A stretch of 64,000 bases of DNA from the human T2T-CHM13v2.0 reference genome, Homo sapiens, in assembly GCF_009914755.1 (NCBI RefSeq), contig NC_060928.1; one strand, given 5' to 3'. Of this stretch, positions 43,151 through 57,929 are shown in pieces. The notes beneath the pieces are model-generated. The model saw only the letters and a program-made list of their open reading frames with translations, made no database searches and was not told the origin of the DNA. The first letter of the stretch is position 1. Every line of letters starts with the position of its first letter. Made by a program: the position numbers and the translations under genes.

Positions 43151-44083
43151 TACTTATTCAGAGGCTGGGGAAAGGCAGAATAAATCAAAAGGCTGCACAC
43201 CATGCCCACCCCTGCAGAGGAAGCAATTCCAGAACAGAATGCCCATTTAAAACCTGGACCAAATGGCATGTTTAAGTTTCTAACAGTTTTCATTAACAAA
43301 AGTTAACATACAGAACTCCTACAACAGAAAGCATTCAACAGTGATTTAAGACCTGGAAAGGTCAAGAAATCCACTAATCGGATGGGTTTCAGTGGAAACA
43401 TCGTCTCTGGGTGTTCTGCCAAGAGTGTCTGTTATTGCCAAATTCCTCATTCAAACCCATATATAAGAATGCTTTAACTGAAACGCAGAAGTCAAAAATA
43501 AGACATTTAAACAGTAATCTCCTGTCTCTCTCAAAGATAAATGTGCCCATTAGCCCTGGCTGCTAACAGGAAGATTTCTTTCTCTTACATTCCAGATGAC
43601 AATTTTTTTCAAGCCATTCACAAAGAAATCAGCATGGAAAAAATAATTTAGGAGGTTGGCTCCTGCTCAGCTACCTCACTGAATTAAAGTGCAATCAAGT
43701 TTATAACTTTTAAGTGGAAATATTAAAAATGTGTATGAAGCCCCTCTGCATAGGGTCCCGTGCAGACGTGGAGAGAAATGGTAGCCAGGCACCAAGATAC
43801 ACAGGATGCCACATGCGCTCTGTGGAGTTTCCAACCTCGTTAGAGCAGGACAAGATACATATGAAAAGTTAAATGACATGTTTCAGTAACAGTTCTAGAC
43901 AGTAGAAGAGATATCATAAAACAGTACACGATTCATTGCCAGAAAGACGGTTGCTGACAATAACTGCTGCAGGATTTCAAAGAAGAAAAAATCACTTCAA
44001 GCTCAGGAAGGTCTGGGGAGACTTTACAGAGAGGGCGGGATCCAACTCAGTGTTGAAACATGCATGGAAACTGTGGATGGTCA

Positions 44084-44552
<469 letters not shown>

Positions 44553-44579
44553 TCAGGAAAGGATGGCTGCAGAAGATGG

Positions 44580-44960
44580 GAGCGGCCCAGGTGTCCATTG
44601 GTGCGTGAATGGCTAAACAAAAGGCAGTATGTGAACACAATGGGCGATTCTTCGGCCTTCAGATGGAAGGAAATCCGGACACAGGCTACAACCTGGATGT
44701 ACCTTGAAGACATGATGCTAAGTAGCCAGTCAAAAAGAGAAAATTCTGTACGATTCCACTTATATGAGGTACTGAGAGTGGTGAAATTCATACAGAAAGT
44801 AGAATGGTGGATGTCATTTCTGGGAAGGGGGAAGACCGAATTACTGTACAATGGGTATGGAGATTCAGTTTTGCAAGATGCAGAGCTCTGGAGATGGATG
44901 GTGGTGATGGCTGCACAACACGCATGTAATTAATACCACTGATCTTAAAAATGGCTAAGA
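44580..44960 (+). mobile_element. Old L1 (L1MB-like) 3' fragment
   Basis: ccttgaagacatgatgctaagt...ttccacttatatgaggtact...ctggagatggatggtggtgatggctgcacaaca. Confidence 0.8.
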
Positions 44961-45175
44961 ATGGCAGCAGCCAAGCGAAGTTGTAAAGTGGGCTCCAGAG
45001 AAGAGATTGGCAGTTGGCTACCAAAAATAAGGGCACTACCTTTCTTCAGGCCCCAGGCCTGAGACCCTCGGGCTCCACACCCGAGCGGTGAGCAGACGGT
45101 GTGCTTTTCTTTCATCAACAGAGAACCCTTCCCCTGATTTTCTTGGGAAATACTGAACTCATTTTAATTTAATGA

Positions 45176-45700
<525 letters not shown>

Positions 45701-47619
45701 TAAGGAACTTGTCTAATATCTAGCTATCCAGTCTGTTCTAACTCTCACCCAAGAGCCATCAGAGAACCCAATACGTGGTAGGTACTCAGTAACTATTTGA
45801 GATTCATATACCCTCACGATGAAATGGCTTTAGATTCTTCCAACAGTTCCGAAATAAAAGTCGAGCTAGCTAAAGGTATCTCCAGAACAATTCTGGGGCA
45901 CCCTGCTCTAAATGTGACTCCTGGGCCCAGGGTTATTTTGCCGGCACCTCTGCAGCCGGTAATCCATAACTCTAGTCATCACGGTTCCCTGACAAGAGAG
46001 CTTGCAAAGCACCCCCACCTTGAGTTCTGGTCCTTCCCTGGAGCTTTAGACAGGCTTCCTGGCTAATGATTTGTAGAAACTACCATTTTTAGAGTGGCTT
46101 TACTTTAACAACAACAACAAAAGTGAACTATAAATATTAAAACTTCTTATCAGCCTCGCCAATGAGAAAACTCCCTCCCTGCATTCCTCAGGCCCTTTTG
46201 CAACAACCTAAATATTTTTAATCCTCAGGTAGATACAGACATTGGAAGATCAAAAATTACACCAGGGCCACAGGAACTTCAGCTCACCGGGCTTGCAAGC
46301 CTACATTTGTATTCATGAGCTCAGTTTGTATGCTTGTTCTCTTATTTTGCTTCATTTTTAATTTAGGAAAAGTTGGCTAATATATTAGATCACTTTCACT
46401 GCTGGGTCTTGTCAGGCTTCAGAAGTCTTTAAGGACAGACTGCTAAAAGAGTAAAAGGGAAGAAAGCAGAAAATGTGTCAGGGAAATGGAGTTCCTATCA
46501 TTTCACTCACAAATTCTGCCTTTTAAATGTAGTCCTTCTACCAACAGTTCAGTGAAAGATGGTTTCCTTATTGTCATTTATTAGCCATGACAGGCAGCAA
46601 CATTGGCTCAGATACAGTCTCCCTTCACCACAATTATCTAGTAATGCCTGCGAGGCAAAAGACTGCACAAAACTCCCTCCTTCTGGAAAGCTTCTCCCGA
46701 AGGCACCAGTTCAAAGCAAACCTCTATTAACTGGAACATGAACATCTGCAGAATTCTCTGGATAGGACAATTCTACTATTCTTATAGTGATCCTAGAAAC
46801 GAAGACATAATCACTCACACTCCAGTCACCAGGAGACCAGGGTCGGTTCATAGGTGGAAGCATCACAACCCCCCAGCGACAGCATCTGCCCCCAAATAAA
46901 CACCCACAACTGACCTCAGTACCAGGACTCCCCTTTTAGCAAGGACCCTTCCTGTCAACCTCCCCTCAAAGACAGAAAAAGAAAAAAGTCAATTTTTTTT
47001 CACTGAAACTGAATGTAACAACCAGACAAGATATAAGATAGTATCAAAATTACATAAATTAGATGCCCTACTGGCTTATCAGCCCCTAGACATATTTATC
47101 AATGTGATGTGATGAAAATGACACACTCCATCCTAACAGGACTCACAACTCTTGTGACTTGCGGCAATAGAGAAATCTCTAATTTTCTACCTTTAAGTCT
47201 ACTGATTCTTTTTTCCACATACCTTTTGTTTTATGTATTTTGGAGCAAACACAGGGCGAGGAGTTTGGAGGAGAAAAGAGAAGGAAATTTAGGAGAGAAG
47301 AGAAGAGAGACTTGGAAAGAGGATAAGGTGAGAAGTCAGCAAAGGGCAGAACTCAGGACTGAAGCCTTCCGGGAGGACAGAGGCCTGGGCCCTACCAGAT
47401 AGATGGCCACACCTGGGACCAGGGGCAGGGTACACAGGAGAGAGCGTAGGGCTAGCGGCTGCCTTCGCATTTTACATAAATCTGATCCATAAAGCAGCCC
47501 CAGACATCAACCCTGGGGAACGCACACAGCTTGGGCATCTCAAATTATTCTTTGAGCATTAAAACATATGTAATATGCTTCGGAGACAATACAGAAAGGA
47601 CAGGAGCAGAAAATTAAGC

Positions 47620-47683
47620 ATATAATTATAATAACATAAAAATGTACATGCTTTGGTAGGGTAGATTTTAATAAGATTTTAAT
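47620..47683 (-). terminator. Probable DCTD polyadenylation signal region
   Basis: Two ATTAAA hexamers on the minus strand (plus tttaat at 47678-47683 and 47667-47672), followed by a U-rich downstream element (catttttatgttattataatt). Confidence 0.65.
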
Positions 47684-48956
47684 AATATTGGTAAGGAGCC
47701 AAATTACAGAATACCCTAGAATGTGGAATACAAAATCTCAGAGACAAAATAAAAACTCATGAAAATATAAGAGCACTTTAAAAAGGTAATAATCTTTAGG
47801 ATAAAGAAAGCCTTTTCTCAACACAGGTACTGAGCATGTTTAATAAAAATTAAATGAGATTAAAGAGAAGGGGCACAGCCACACGCTCCCCGCCCCGCGG
47901 TGATTAGGAAGGTGATGCTTGTGTAGGTGAAAGCATGGAGCCAGGGCACAGAAGAGCTCCGAACACCAACAGTGCTGCAGTAAGCTGTCTCCACGTGGGT
48001 GGAATTTCTCACAATCCACTCACGGGATAGGAATTAATTTTCTCTCCAGTTGCAGAGGGGCCTTGTACATGAACTGCGTTGGCATGCGGAGGAGGGGCAA
48101 CACATCCATGTTGGGGACCCCTCCCATCCACAGCCCCAGCTGCCACCACGGCAGGGCATGGGCTTTGGGGGCAACAAGGAGAGACAGGCTGTCTCCTCTA
48201 GGAACAACTCATTATTCAGCTAAACGAAATGGAAGAGCTCCATGTGACCAACAAACCCAAATTGAGCCAAAACAACAGGCGTCCCCACCCCCCAGAGGGA
48301 TAATGTGCCACCACCCTGTGTGCAGTGGGAGAGCAGGAATGGAGGAAATATTCCTGGTTCAGTTACACTCCTCGTCTGTCAGGACAGATGTGCCACCCTA
48401 TCTCGGATTCCGGGAGGGTGGCTGGGGGTTTCCCTCAACTCTGCAGCAAACACTTCAATGCTACTGTCATTTGAGGCCTAATTTTCTTCCAAGGGCACTA
48501 TATGCCATGCTTCACTTGGGCCAGATGTTCAGATCAGTGTGTCTGCTCGTCCCCATTAAGAACACAACCACAATTATTTATTTGTCCTTCCAGCACATGT
48601 AGCAGTGAAGAGAGGCTGCCGGATCGCAGCAGATGACAGACAGCTGATGCTCCTCTGAAGAGCCACCAGCATCCCAGCCAGCCAGGACACAAGAAGGGGA
48701 GGCACTCTCGTTCTAGCCCTGTGCACCAGGCCACCACAGGCTCCCCTATTTTAAATCCTAAAGCAATAGTTCAAACACATGTAGATTCCATGTGACAAGA
48801 GAGACAGTAAGGAAGATTTGAGGCTTTATATTCTTTAGATGCCTACTTTTGCCATACTGGCTAGTAAGAAGTTATGTGTAACTTCAAGATGAAAGGCATT
48901 AGCAACCTCTTAGAAGACGATAATCCCAATCTTCTGGAGATTGAATGAGATGTAAC
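47650..48956 (-). other. DCTD: DCTD 3' UTR (~1.3 kb, end approximate)
   Basis: Unique sequence with no recognisable repeat downstream of the stop codon, running to tandem ATTAAA hexamers followed by a U-rich tract. Confidence 0.75.
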
Positions 48957-49035
48957 TCACTGAAGCTTTTGACTCGGTCTGCTGTTAATTGAATCAAAGT
49001 CAATGACAATCTTGCTGCACTTCGGTATGAATTTC
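48957..49035 (-). CDS. DCTD: DCTD last coding exon segment, ending in TGA
   Basis: Acceptor tttttag|, then (R)[28 protein letters not shown] at 48957-48959 (plus strand tca). Matches the C-terminus of human DCTD as I recall it. Confidence 0.97.
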
Positions 49036-49954
49036 CTAAAAATAAAAACAAAATACAATTATTATCTGGTGAGTAGTGAAAGCAATTTGTTTACTTTGGC
49101 TTAACTCATATTTTCTGTGCAGAGAAAAATATGTCCTGGGATTCACTTGCTATTTTCTCTCTATAGGAGCCAATTATAGTGCACCATACCAAGAGAAACA
49201 CAGAGCAGAAAAGACTAAGACAAAAAAAGATGCATGGGGTGGTGTGGTTTGTATGTTTTCAGCTCTCTGAGTTCACGAATTATTGGGGAGTCAAAGGATT
49301 TCTAACAAGTCAGCTGCACAACATGATATCCGATTACTAGTTTTCCCATCAGATTTATCTTATTTTCTAGAAAAATTTCTGCAGCCAACTTGGAGTCTCT
49401 CTAATGCAAAAAAATAGTAAATTTTCTTTTGCCGCTTATATATAGCAAAAAACGACTACCTTTAGTGAGGAGTAATTTTTCAAATTACGTTCTAAAAATG
49501 CAAACATAAACCAACTTTTTTTTTTTTTTTTTTTGCTCATTAACTTTTCACTCGTTCCTCATTTCTTCTACAACAATTAAAAAGAAAACATTTGGGAACA
49601 AAACAAATTCTTTTAAGAATCACTGAACAAGAGAGTATACAAATAATTTGAATTTAAAGTCTCAGAAGGCACCACGGTTGAGTTCATGAGATACACTGAG
49701 CTGTATCCCTAATGACCAGCACAAGGGGCCAGGGCACGTCACCTATGACCATGGTCCCACTGCTGCTGAACGCCAACACCATGAAGCGCTGGAAAACTTT
49801 ACAGTCCCAAAGGAATTTTCTGCCATGAATCAAAGGTAGTTGAACTTACTTGCAAGTAAAATATAGCTCACAACCATTTCTTAGCAAAGATAATCATAAA
49901 AATCTGTAAGACTTCAAATCTCAATGCAAAATGTTGCTGTAAAAAGAATCCCCA

Positions 49955-50228
<274 letters not shown>

Positions 50229-50590
50229 CTACTTTCATCCTAAATTTTCTATGCCAAAGTTGTTACATTTGCAAAATTCACCAAGGTTTGGCGTTCCTAT
50301 TATAAAACTTGTGAATGTTTAAACTTCTCAGTACTTGAATAATTAGTCTAATTACCCCGGAAAGTTACTGAAATTAAAGTACAATCATTAAACAAATGGT
50401 CTTCAGATTTTCCTGTCACTGCTCTTAAATATCTACCCCTATAATAGTCTTTAAATTCTTATGCCCTTGCATTTCTAAAGACACCTCCAAGTGTGGAAGT
50501 CAGGCATCACAAGGAGGAGACAAGGTCAAATACATCTCTTCATCAGCCTTCACCCTACCCCGTCCCCCCGCCCGCATTCTCCCCACTTAC

Positions 50591-50687
50591 CGGAATGTCA
50601 CCCCGGCCATATTAAACAGGAGCCTCGCAGCAGTTGCCTCGTCACTATCATGGTATTTATCAGACATGAAAATCACTTCTTTTATAC
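50591..50687 (-). CDS. DCTD: DCTD penultimate coding exon, 97 nt
   Basis: Translates in frame with the previous exon to (G)[31 protein letters not shown](R). Acceptor ccttacag|; donor |gtaagt. Confidence 0.97.
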
Positions 50688-52048
50688 CTGTAAGGTAACA
50701 ATGGGAGCTCCCTTAGTGTACGCACCTACAGATGCTGCAAAAGACAGGCGGAAGCAGCTGGAGCACTTTCAGCGTCTATGATTAATGACCTTTTCTGAGT
50801 GTGCTTGCAGACAGTGTCCAGTCACTGAAATACATATCTGCTGCTTTCTAATACAGCAGAGGGTGGATTCTATCTAATCTTCCCTCCAGTCTTTATGGAT
50901 TTTTTTTTTAAACAAATGCAAAGGGAAAACATGTCAAGTAGTCAAGCCTTGATCCGATTAACCAATTTCCCTTACTACAGGTAATCAAGGCAGTATGCAC
51001 AAGGTAGCTTCTCTTACTAGTGGGAGGACTAATGGAGGGAGTGGGGGCTGCTGGCAAATTCAGAGGTGGGCACCACTGTGCTTCCCAGCATGGCTTTGCA
51101 GACCACTTCAAACCAGCTCTACAGAGGGCAGATCTGTTTTCTTGTCCTGATCTCAGCAGGCAGCGCTAACTCGGCAGCCAGGAATCCCAAGGGCCCCGCA
51201 CTGAAGGCCGCTGCTCCATCAGCCTCTGAAGGCAGAGGAGGCTGCAGTGTGGGGCCCGGACTGCTCGGCCCACAGGCCTGCCACCGCCTCCACACCTGGG
51301 CACCGCGAGGAGAGCTTCCCAGGAACGGTGACGGCGACAGCCAGGGAGCCCACGCGACTCCTCAGTACCAGCAGGCCGCTTCTGCTCTGAGATCCACAGG
51401 ACTGGTGATAAACGGCCCCTTCAAACCACACATTTGGCTAAACATGGTAAGTCTTTAAATCTCCAGCCGAGAGTTTTATGGAGACAAAGTGTAGCTGAAT
51501 CTTAGATGTGACAGTTTGAAAAAGGCGAAATATTCAGAATACAATGGTGTAGATTTATGGGAACCGTAAAATAAGAAAACCTGAAGGTAGTGCCATTTGG
51601 GTCTTATGACATTTATATGCCAAGGTATGTTGAGATCCTCAAATATCTACCATGTATTAGATACAAATTAAAATTTCATATACAGACTCCCAGCTGACCT
51701 TGTTTCTGACAGAAGTTCATTTCTTCCCTCCCCCAAATCTATGCACAATATGTCAGAGAACAGTAAATTGACAGTAATTATATGCAATGCCTGTGTTGTT
51801 TTTTGGCAGCTTGCAGTTTAAGAAGTTGCAAACTAAATTAAAAACATGCTAAGAATCACAGAGGATGCAATTAGTCTTAGAATACCTGGCACCATTCAAA
51901 AACAAAACACGGGAAATATCTTGCAAAGCTGATAGTGCAATTAATTTAGATCTAAACAATAGCAATTTAAGATCAAACACATCAGCAATGAGCTACTGAC
52001 GAGCAGGCAGCAATGCAAATGTGACAAATGGAAAGACCCGGTTCCTAC

Positions 52049-52165
52049 CTGCCTGGATGATGAGCTTAGCGCATTCATTACAAGGGAACAAGGCAACATA
52101 CATACTACAGCCTTTCACATCGGTCGAATTTTTGTTCATGATGGCATTCAGCTCCGCATGGCACA
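52049..52165 (-). CDS. DCTD: DCTD (dCMP deaminase) internal coding exon, 117 nt, carries the zinc-binding active site
   Basis: Translates to (V)[38 protein letters not shown](G), with the HAE and PCxxC deaminase motifs. Acceptor ...caacccacag| (ct at 52166-52167); donor |gtagga (ac at 52047-52048). Confidence 0.98.
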
Positions 52166-52548
52166 CTGTGGGTTGAAAGGGAAAGAAAGAAAAACTTTGG
52201 TTGCAGCTCATGAAGAATTTACTAAGTGTTAACACATTCCATTCCCCCCTCTGAAATAACATATAACAGACTCAAGTAAAAACATTGATTAGAAATGGCA
52301 AGTCCTAAGAATACCAAATGAGGCCCACGTGGTCTGGCTGGTTGCTGATGAGCAGTGAGGCCTGAAGGCACCTAGAGCGGCCAGGACGGCCGAGGTCAAG
52401 TGCCTTCCCCACCCTAAGCGCAGCTCCGCTTCACGGCTCCACAAGACCCTGGGGCATGAAAGTGCCCACCTGAGCTGGCTCATTGGTGTGCTGACACGCA
52501 CACATGGGGAAGTTCACCGTGGCTGTTAAGAGGGCTAGGGGATTTTAA

Positions 52549-52979
<431 letters not shown>

Positions 52980-54397
52980 TAGTTGAGCTCTTGATAGACC
53001 AGTGCATTCCACCCATGATCCCGGGTCACATCCGGACCTGCCTGAGTTCAGAGTCAAGGGGATCCCCTTCCTCCCTCTCTCGAACCTGGCAAAGCCAACA
53101 CACACCCCAGAGGTCCAGTTTGCCTAGATGCTCCCGCTCCCTAATCCACAGGCGACATCCTCCTTGAGGGGGAATGAGTGGTGCCCACAGCACACACCTG
53201 GGTTTGACTCCCTCATCCTGCCCAGGAGGTTTCTGGATGGCCGTCTTGTATCGTTACTGAATTTTCCTGGGTGTGTTATCTAAAACTCTATTATAAATCC
53301 TAACAGCCGTGACTTGCAAACCTCTCTGATATCAGAACACCCTTAGGCGCTTCCAAAATACAGAGATCTGTGCCCTGTGCCTGCAGAGTGTGATGGCCTG
53401 GGCTGTGGCTTGGGCTTGAATTTGTAAGCAATTCCCCGGGTGATTCCAACGTGCAGACAAGTTCCGGAAGCACTGCCTTCTGGCTCCCCTGGTATTCCCA
53501 GCACATGCTATGCACACAAGTGCTAAAATAAATATTTGTCAAACGAGTTAATGAATGACATCCGGCCATGGCCCACATCACACAAGCCACCTAGAATATA
53601 AATATGGGAATCTTCAAGGTCTCCCCTACCCTCTCCAGCCTGCCAACCTTCTACACGTAACACTTCCAGGAGTTCTGAGGCCTTAAATGAGCAGTGGCCT
53701 AAACTTATGGCGCTCATACATTTCAGTCCCGACTCACTTGCTTCATCGATGATCATTTACTGAGCACGTACTCTGGGTCAGAGAGATGAAGGCCTGGCCA
53801 CTCTCCTCAGCCACCCTCTCGTGTTCGGGTGCAGCTGCAGCTACCTCTGTGTGCCTGGGTCCCCCAGCAGCAATGCAATGTTGCAGGCATAAGGCTGACC
53901 AAAAGCTCTCTCAGGAAATGTTAGGAAGTATTCATTTTTGTCTACAAATTCCATGTTTTAGGAGATCTCAGTCCTGCCTAAAACTGAGCAATCTCTCCTG
54001 GCATTGCAGGAAAATCAAAAGAGGCAAACAAGCTGTGCTTCACTGACCACAGCCCATCAGAGAATCATCTTCGCTGCCCAGAGTGACCAGAGCCATGCCC
54101 CGAGACTTGCAGGTCTCATAAACCCTGACGGCATGGGAGGACAAGGAAAGACAAGAGAAGGGTGCGAGGGCCCGGGCTTGGGAAGGCACAAGGTATGGCC
54201 ACATGTGCGCTGGCCTTGGAGGGGCTCCTGTGACCTCTTCTCCCCCTTGTGACCAGGCTGCTCCAGAGCTGGGTTTCACGCTGCTTGGTGTTAAAAACAA
54301 TTACATGTAATTGTTTCTTTTATTTCCCCCTTGAGGGCAGAGCCCAGCCTAGGTTCTTTGTAACTCCCCCAGAGTCTAATGTGATGCCATGAACATA

Positions 54398-55069
54398 ATG
54401 GGTGTTAAATATTTATCGAATGAATAAAGGAGGAAATGCAGATTCCAATTATTGATGGTGACGTTCGGAAGTACTGGAAGTCCTCTTAAATTCAAATATC
54501 AGAAATATGCTCTCCCATCTAATAAATACTTTTGGATGGTGCTGGTATTAATATTCAGAACTGCAGAGCCTCTGCATCTGTTATGAAACACTATGATAGC
54601 GTCCTCTAAGAACTGTCACGCTCACTGCCATGAGCTTCCTCTACTTCATCCCAGGCAGTTTGGGGCAAAATTTAACAGTATAGGTCTGGATTCATTAGTG
54701 AAAATTACCATATGAAACAGATTCTCTTGGGCAGCATCTGACATCCCTGTGTACAGAGGGCGATTTATAGAAATAATGCACAGCATTATAAACAGACTTC
54801 CTTTCTTTTAACCAAAAAATCACAAGATGAAGAATGTAAAGCTTCTTGTTAAAAAATATATATATCTGAATATTAATATTAAAAATAAATATTAAATATA
54901 TATCATATCTGAATATTAATACCAGCACCATCAAAAAGTATTTATTAGATGGGAGAGCATATTTCTGATATTTGAATTTAAGAGGACTTTCAGTACTTCC
55001 CAACATCACCATGAATAACTGGAATCTGCATTTCCTCCTTTATTCATTTGATAAATATTTAGCACCCAT
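54398..55069. repeat. 162-bp inverted repeat (54398-54559 / 54908-55069), 348-bp spacer
   Basis: Manual alignment of arm 1 with the reverse complement of arm 2 gives 8 mismatches and no gaps. Confidence 0.95.
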
Positions 55070-56814
55070 ATATATATATATATATTTACATATATATAAA
55101 GCTACTGGGCAATATGAACAGTAGTGTGTCGGGTACACATGAGACTCTAAAAGGAACAATCCAAAATCCCACATACGCAAAAGTGGACACTGACAAGCAG
55201 GAAACTCAAGTGTTCGGTGGAGGGTGTAAGATCAGCCCCACCCTGGTCTCTCTTGCTGGTTCCCGTACCCTTCCCCAGACCCCCTCAGCCCTGTCTTATG
55301 ATCACAGGCTTGCCCGACCCGCACCTGCGGGGCTGAGGAGAGAAGCCCCAACCCAGAGGAGCACCTGAGGCCGCAACCCAGCCCTGCCCCCTTCGTAACT
55401 CCCAGCTGCCGCCTGTTGTGGTCCTGAAATCCAGCTTCACCTTTGTGGCTGACACTCGTCTATCAGCTCCAGGATCTCCATAGCCCTGAAACTCTGAACC
55501 TTGCTGTCCCCCAGGCCGCCCTGTACCTCCTTTTGGGCCTGTCCTGAGGAGACAGGACTCAGCCAGGCCTCAGCCCCCAGACTGTCCTCAGAGAGGAAAC
55601 TAGGGAAACTAACTTGATGACTTCCTCCAATTTGTTTAAAGCAGGTGGGTCAGAGTAAAGTTTGGGGATTCATTTACTTGTGTCGACTGGCCATCGACAC
55701 TGATCAAATAACAGGCACCTGCCAAATCCACTTCAGGCCACAAAGAGCACTCGATGACTGCCTGGCCTGTGACGAGCTCATGCCTGCCCTGGCTGGCCAG
55801 ACCACCACAGGCCAAGCATCCTCCCCTCTGTACTCTCCACCTCTGCCAGCGAGTGTGGACAAAGAGCTTTGCAACAAGGGCAGCACGAGGGCTCAAGGTC
55901 CAATTTGCTGCTTGGAAGCCGGATGACCTTCGACAGGGTGGCTGAGCGCTCTTGTAATTTGCAGGAGTGACAGTGGATCTGAGAAAGTGCATTTCCAGCT
56001 AACTAAATAAAAGCAATTTAAAAAATACCAAGTACATCCGATGTCTTTGCTTTTTTCCTAAGGTTTCCAGTTTCATTCCTCAATCCTCCAGAACAGGTGA
56101 CTTTCTCTAAAACAAGCTTTCACTATCAAAACACGGCCTCCTCTCCCCAGGCAAACACAAGGCCGTGCTCCCAGCCCCTTCCTCCCTCCATCTCTGAGGG
56201 CTCCCGCTTCTCTCTGCTCGTTTTTCTTCTCCTGTAAGCATGCATACTTAGTCCTTAGTCTAGAGAGGTCATCTTGTCAGCCTTTTAGGATTCTTTTTTT
56301 CCTCCTTTCAAGATGAAATCATCCTATCTACAATTGTTACTATAATTTATTTTTAAAATAATTGTCTTCTGACTTTGTAAGGCATACATAATCCCCAGTT
56401 TTCTCTAAAATAATGTTTTTCAAACTGCAGGTCATGAAATCAGTTCAATGAGTTACACCAGCTTTTTCTTCTGTTTTAATGAAATAGGTAAGAAGGGAAG
56501 GATAGAGGTCAGAATGGATCCCGCATACAAGGTTAAATACTATTCCTAAAAATTATGTTTCAGGTGTCAACTGTGTTTGCTGGGTCACCATATATCTGCC
56601 AATTTCCGTGGTGTAGACATTTTTTCACACAGCCAATCTCCCACTCCCAACATGACGTGTACTTGGGAAGCAATGCGCACAGTTGGCTCTGATGACCTGA
56701 TGAGAGCCAGCTCCACAGGCCACAGGAGGGTCTCGTCATCATGAAAACCCAAGGTCTCTTCTGGCCTGGAACCTTTTGATTCACCTGCTCTCTTTGGACT
56801 CCTCTCTATTCTAA

Positions 56815-57324
<510 letters not shown>

Positions 57325-57412
57325 TGAAATCTGGTGTCTAGCCATAACTGCCCATCTTCTCCCCAGGCCTTTTCTTTTGGGTGGTCTGGGGCTTCCATGT
57401 ACCTTTCCTCTA

Positions 57413-57929
57413 TGGGTTAAATATCTCTTATCCAAAATGCTTAGGAGCAGAATTGTTTCAGATTTCAGATTTTAAAATGTTTGCATTATACTTACCAGGT
57501 GAGCATCCCAAATCCAAACATTTGAAATCCAGAGTGCTCCATGAGCATTTCCTTCAAGTGTCATGCTGGTGTGCAAAAGGTTTCAGATTTTGGGCCAGGT
57601 GCAGTAGTTCATGCCTGTAATCCCAGCACTTTGGGAGGCCAAGTGGGGGAGATCGTTTGAGCTCAAGAGTTCAAGAACAGCTTAGGCAACATAGTGACAG
57701 CTCATCTCTACTGAAAATAAAAAAACTTAGCCAGGTATGGTGGCGTGCACCTGTAGTCCTAGCTACTTGGGAGGCTGAGGTGGGAGGACTGCTTGAGCCC
57801 AGGAGGTCAAGGCTGCAGTGAGCTGTGTTTGCACCACTGTACTCCAGTCTGGGCAACAGAGCAAGACCCCATCTCAGAAAAAAAAAAAAGTTTCAGATTT
57901 TGATTTTTGGATTTGGCATGCTCAACCTG
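57413..57929 (+). mobile_element. Tigger4a MITE interrupted by AluJ (57593-57889)
   Basis: TA target sites at 57411-57412 and 57930-57931; end atgctcaacctg; Alu TSD gtttcagattttg at 57580-57592 and 57890-57902. Confidence 0.85.

Noticed and set aside
51993-52262. 89-aa ORF as a standalone deaminase gene
   Set aside because: Only 52049-52165 is DCTD exon; the rest is intron read in frame past canonical splice sites.
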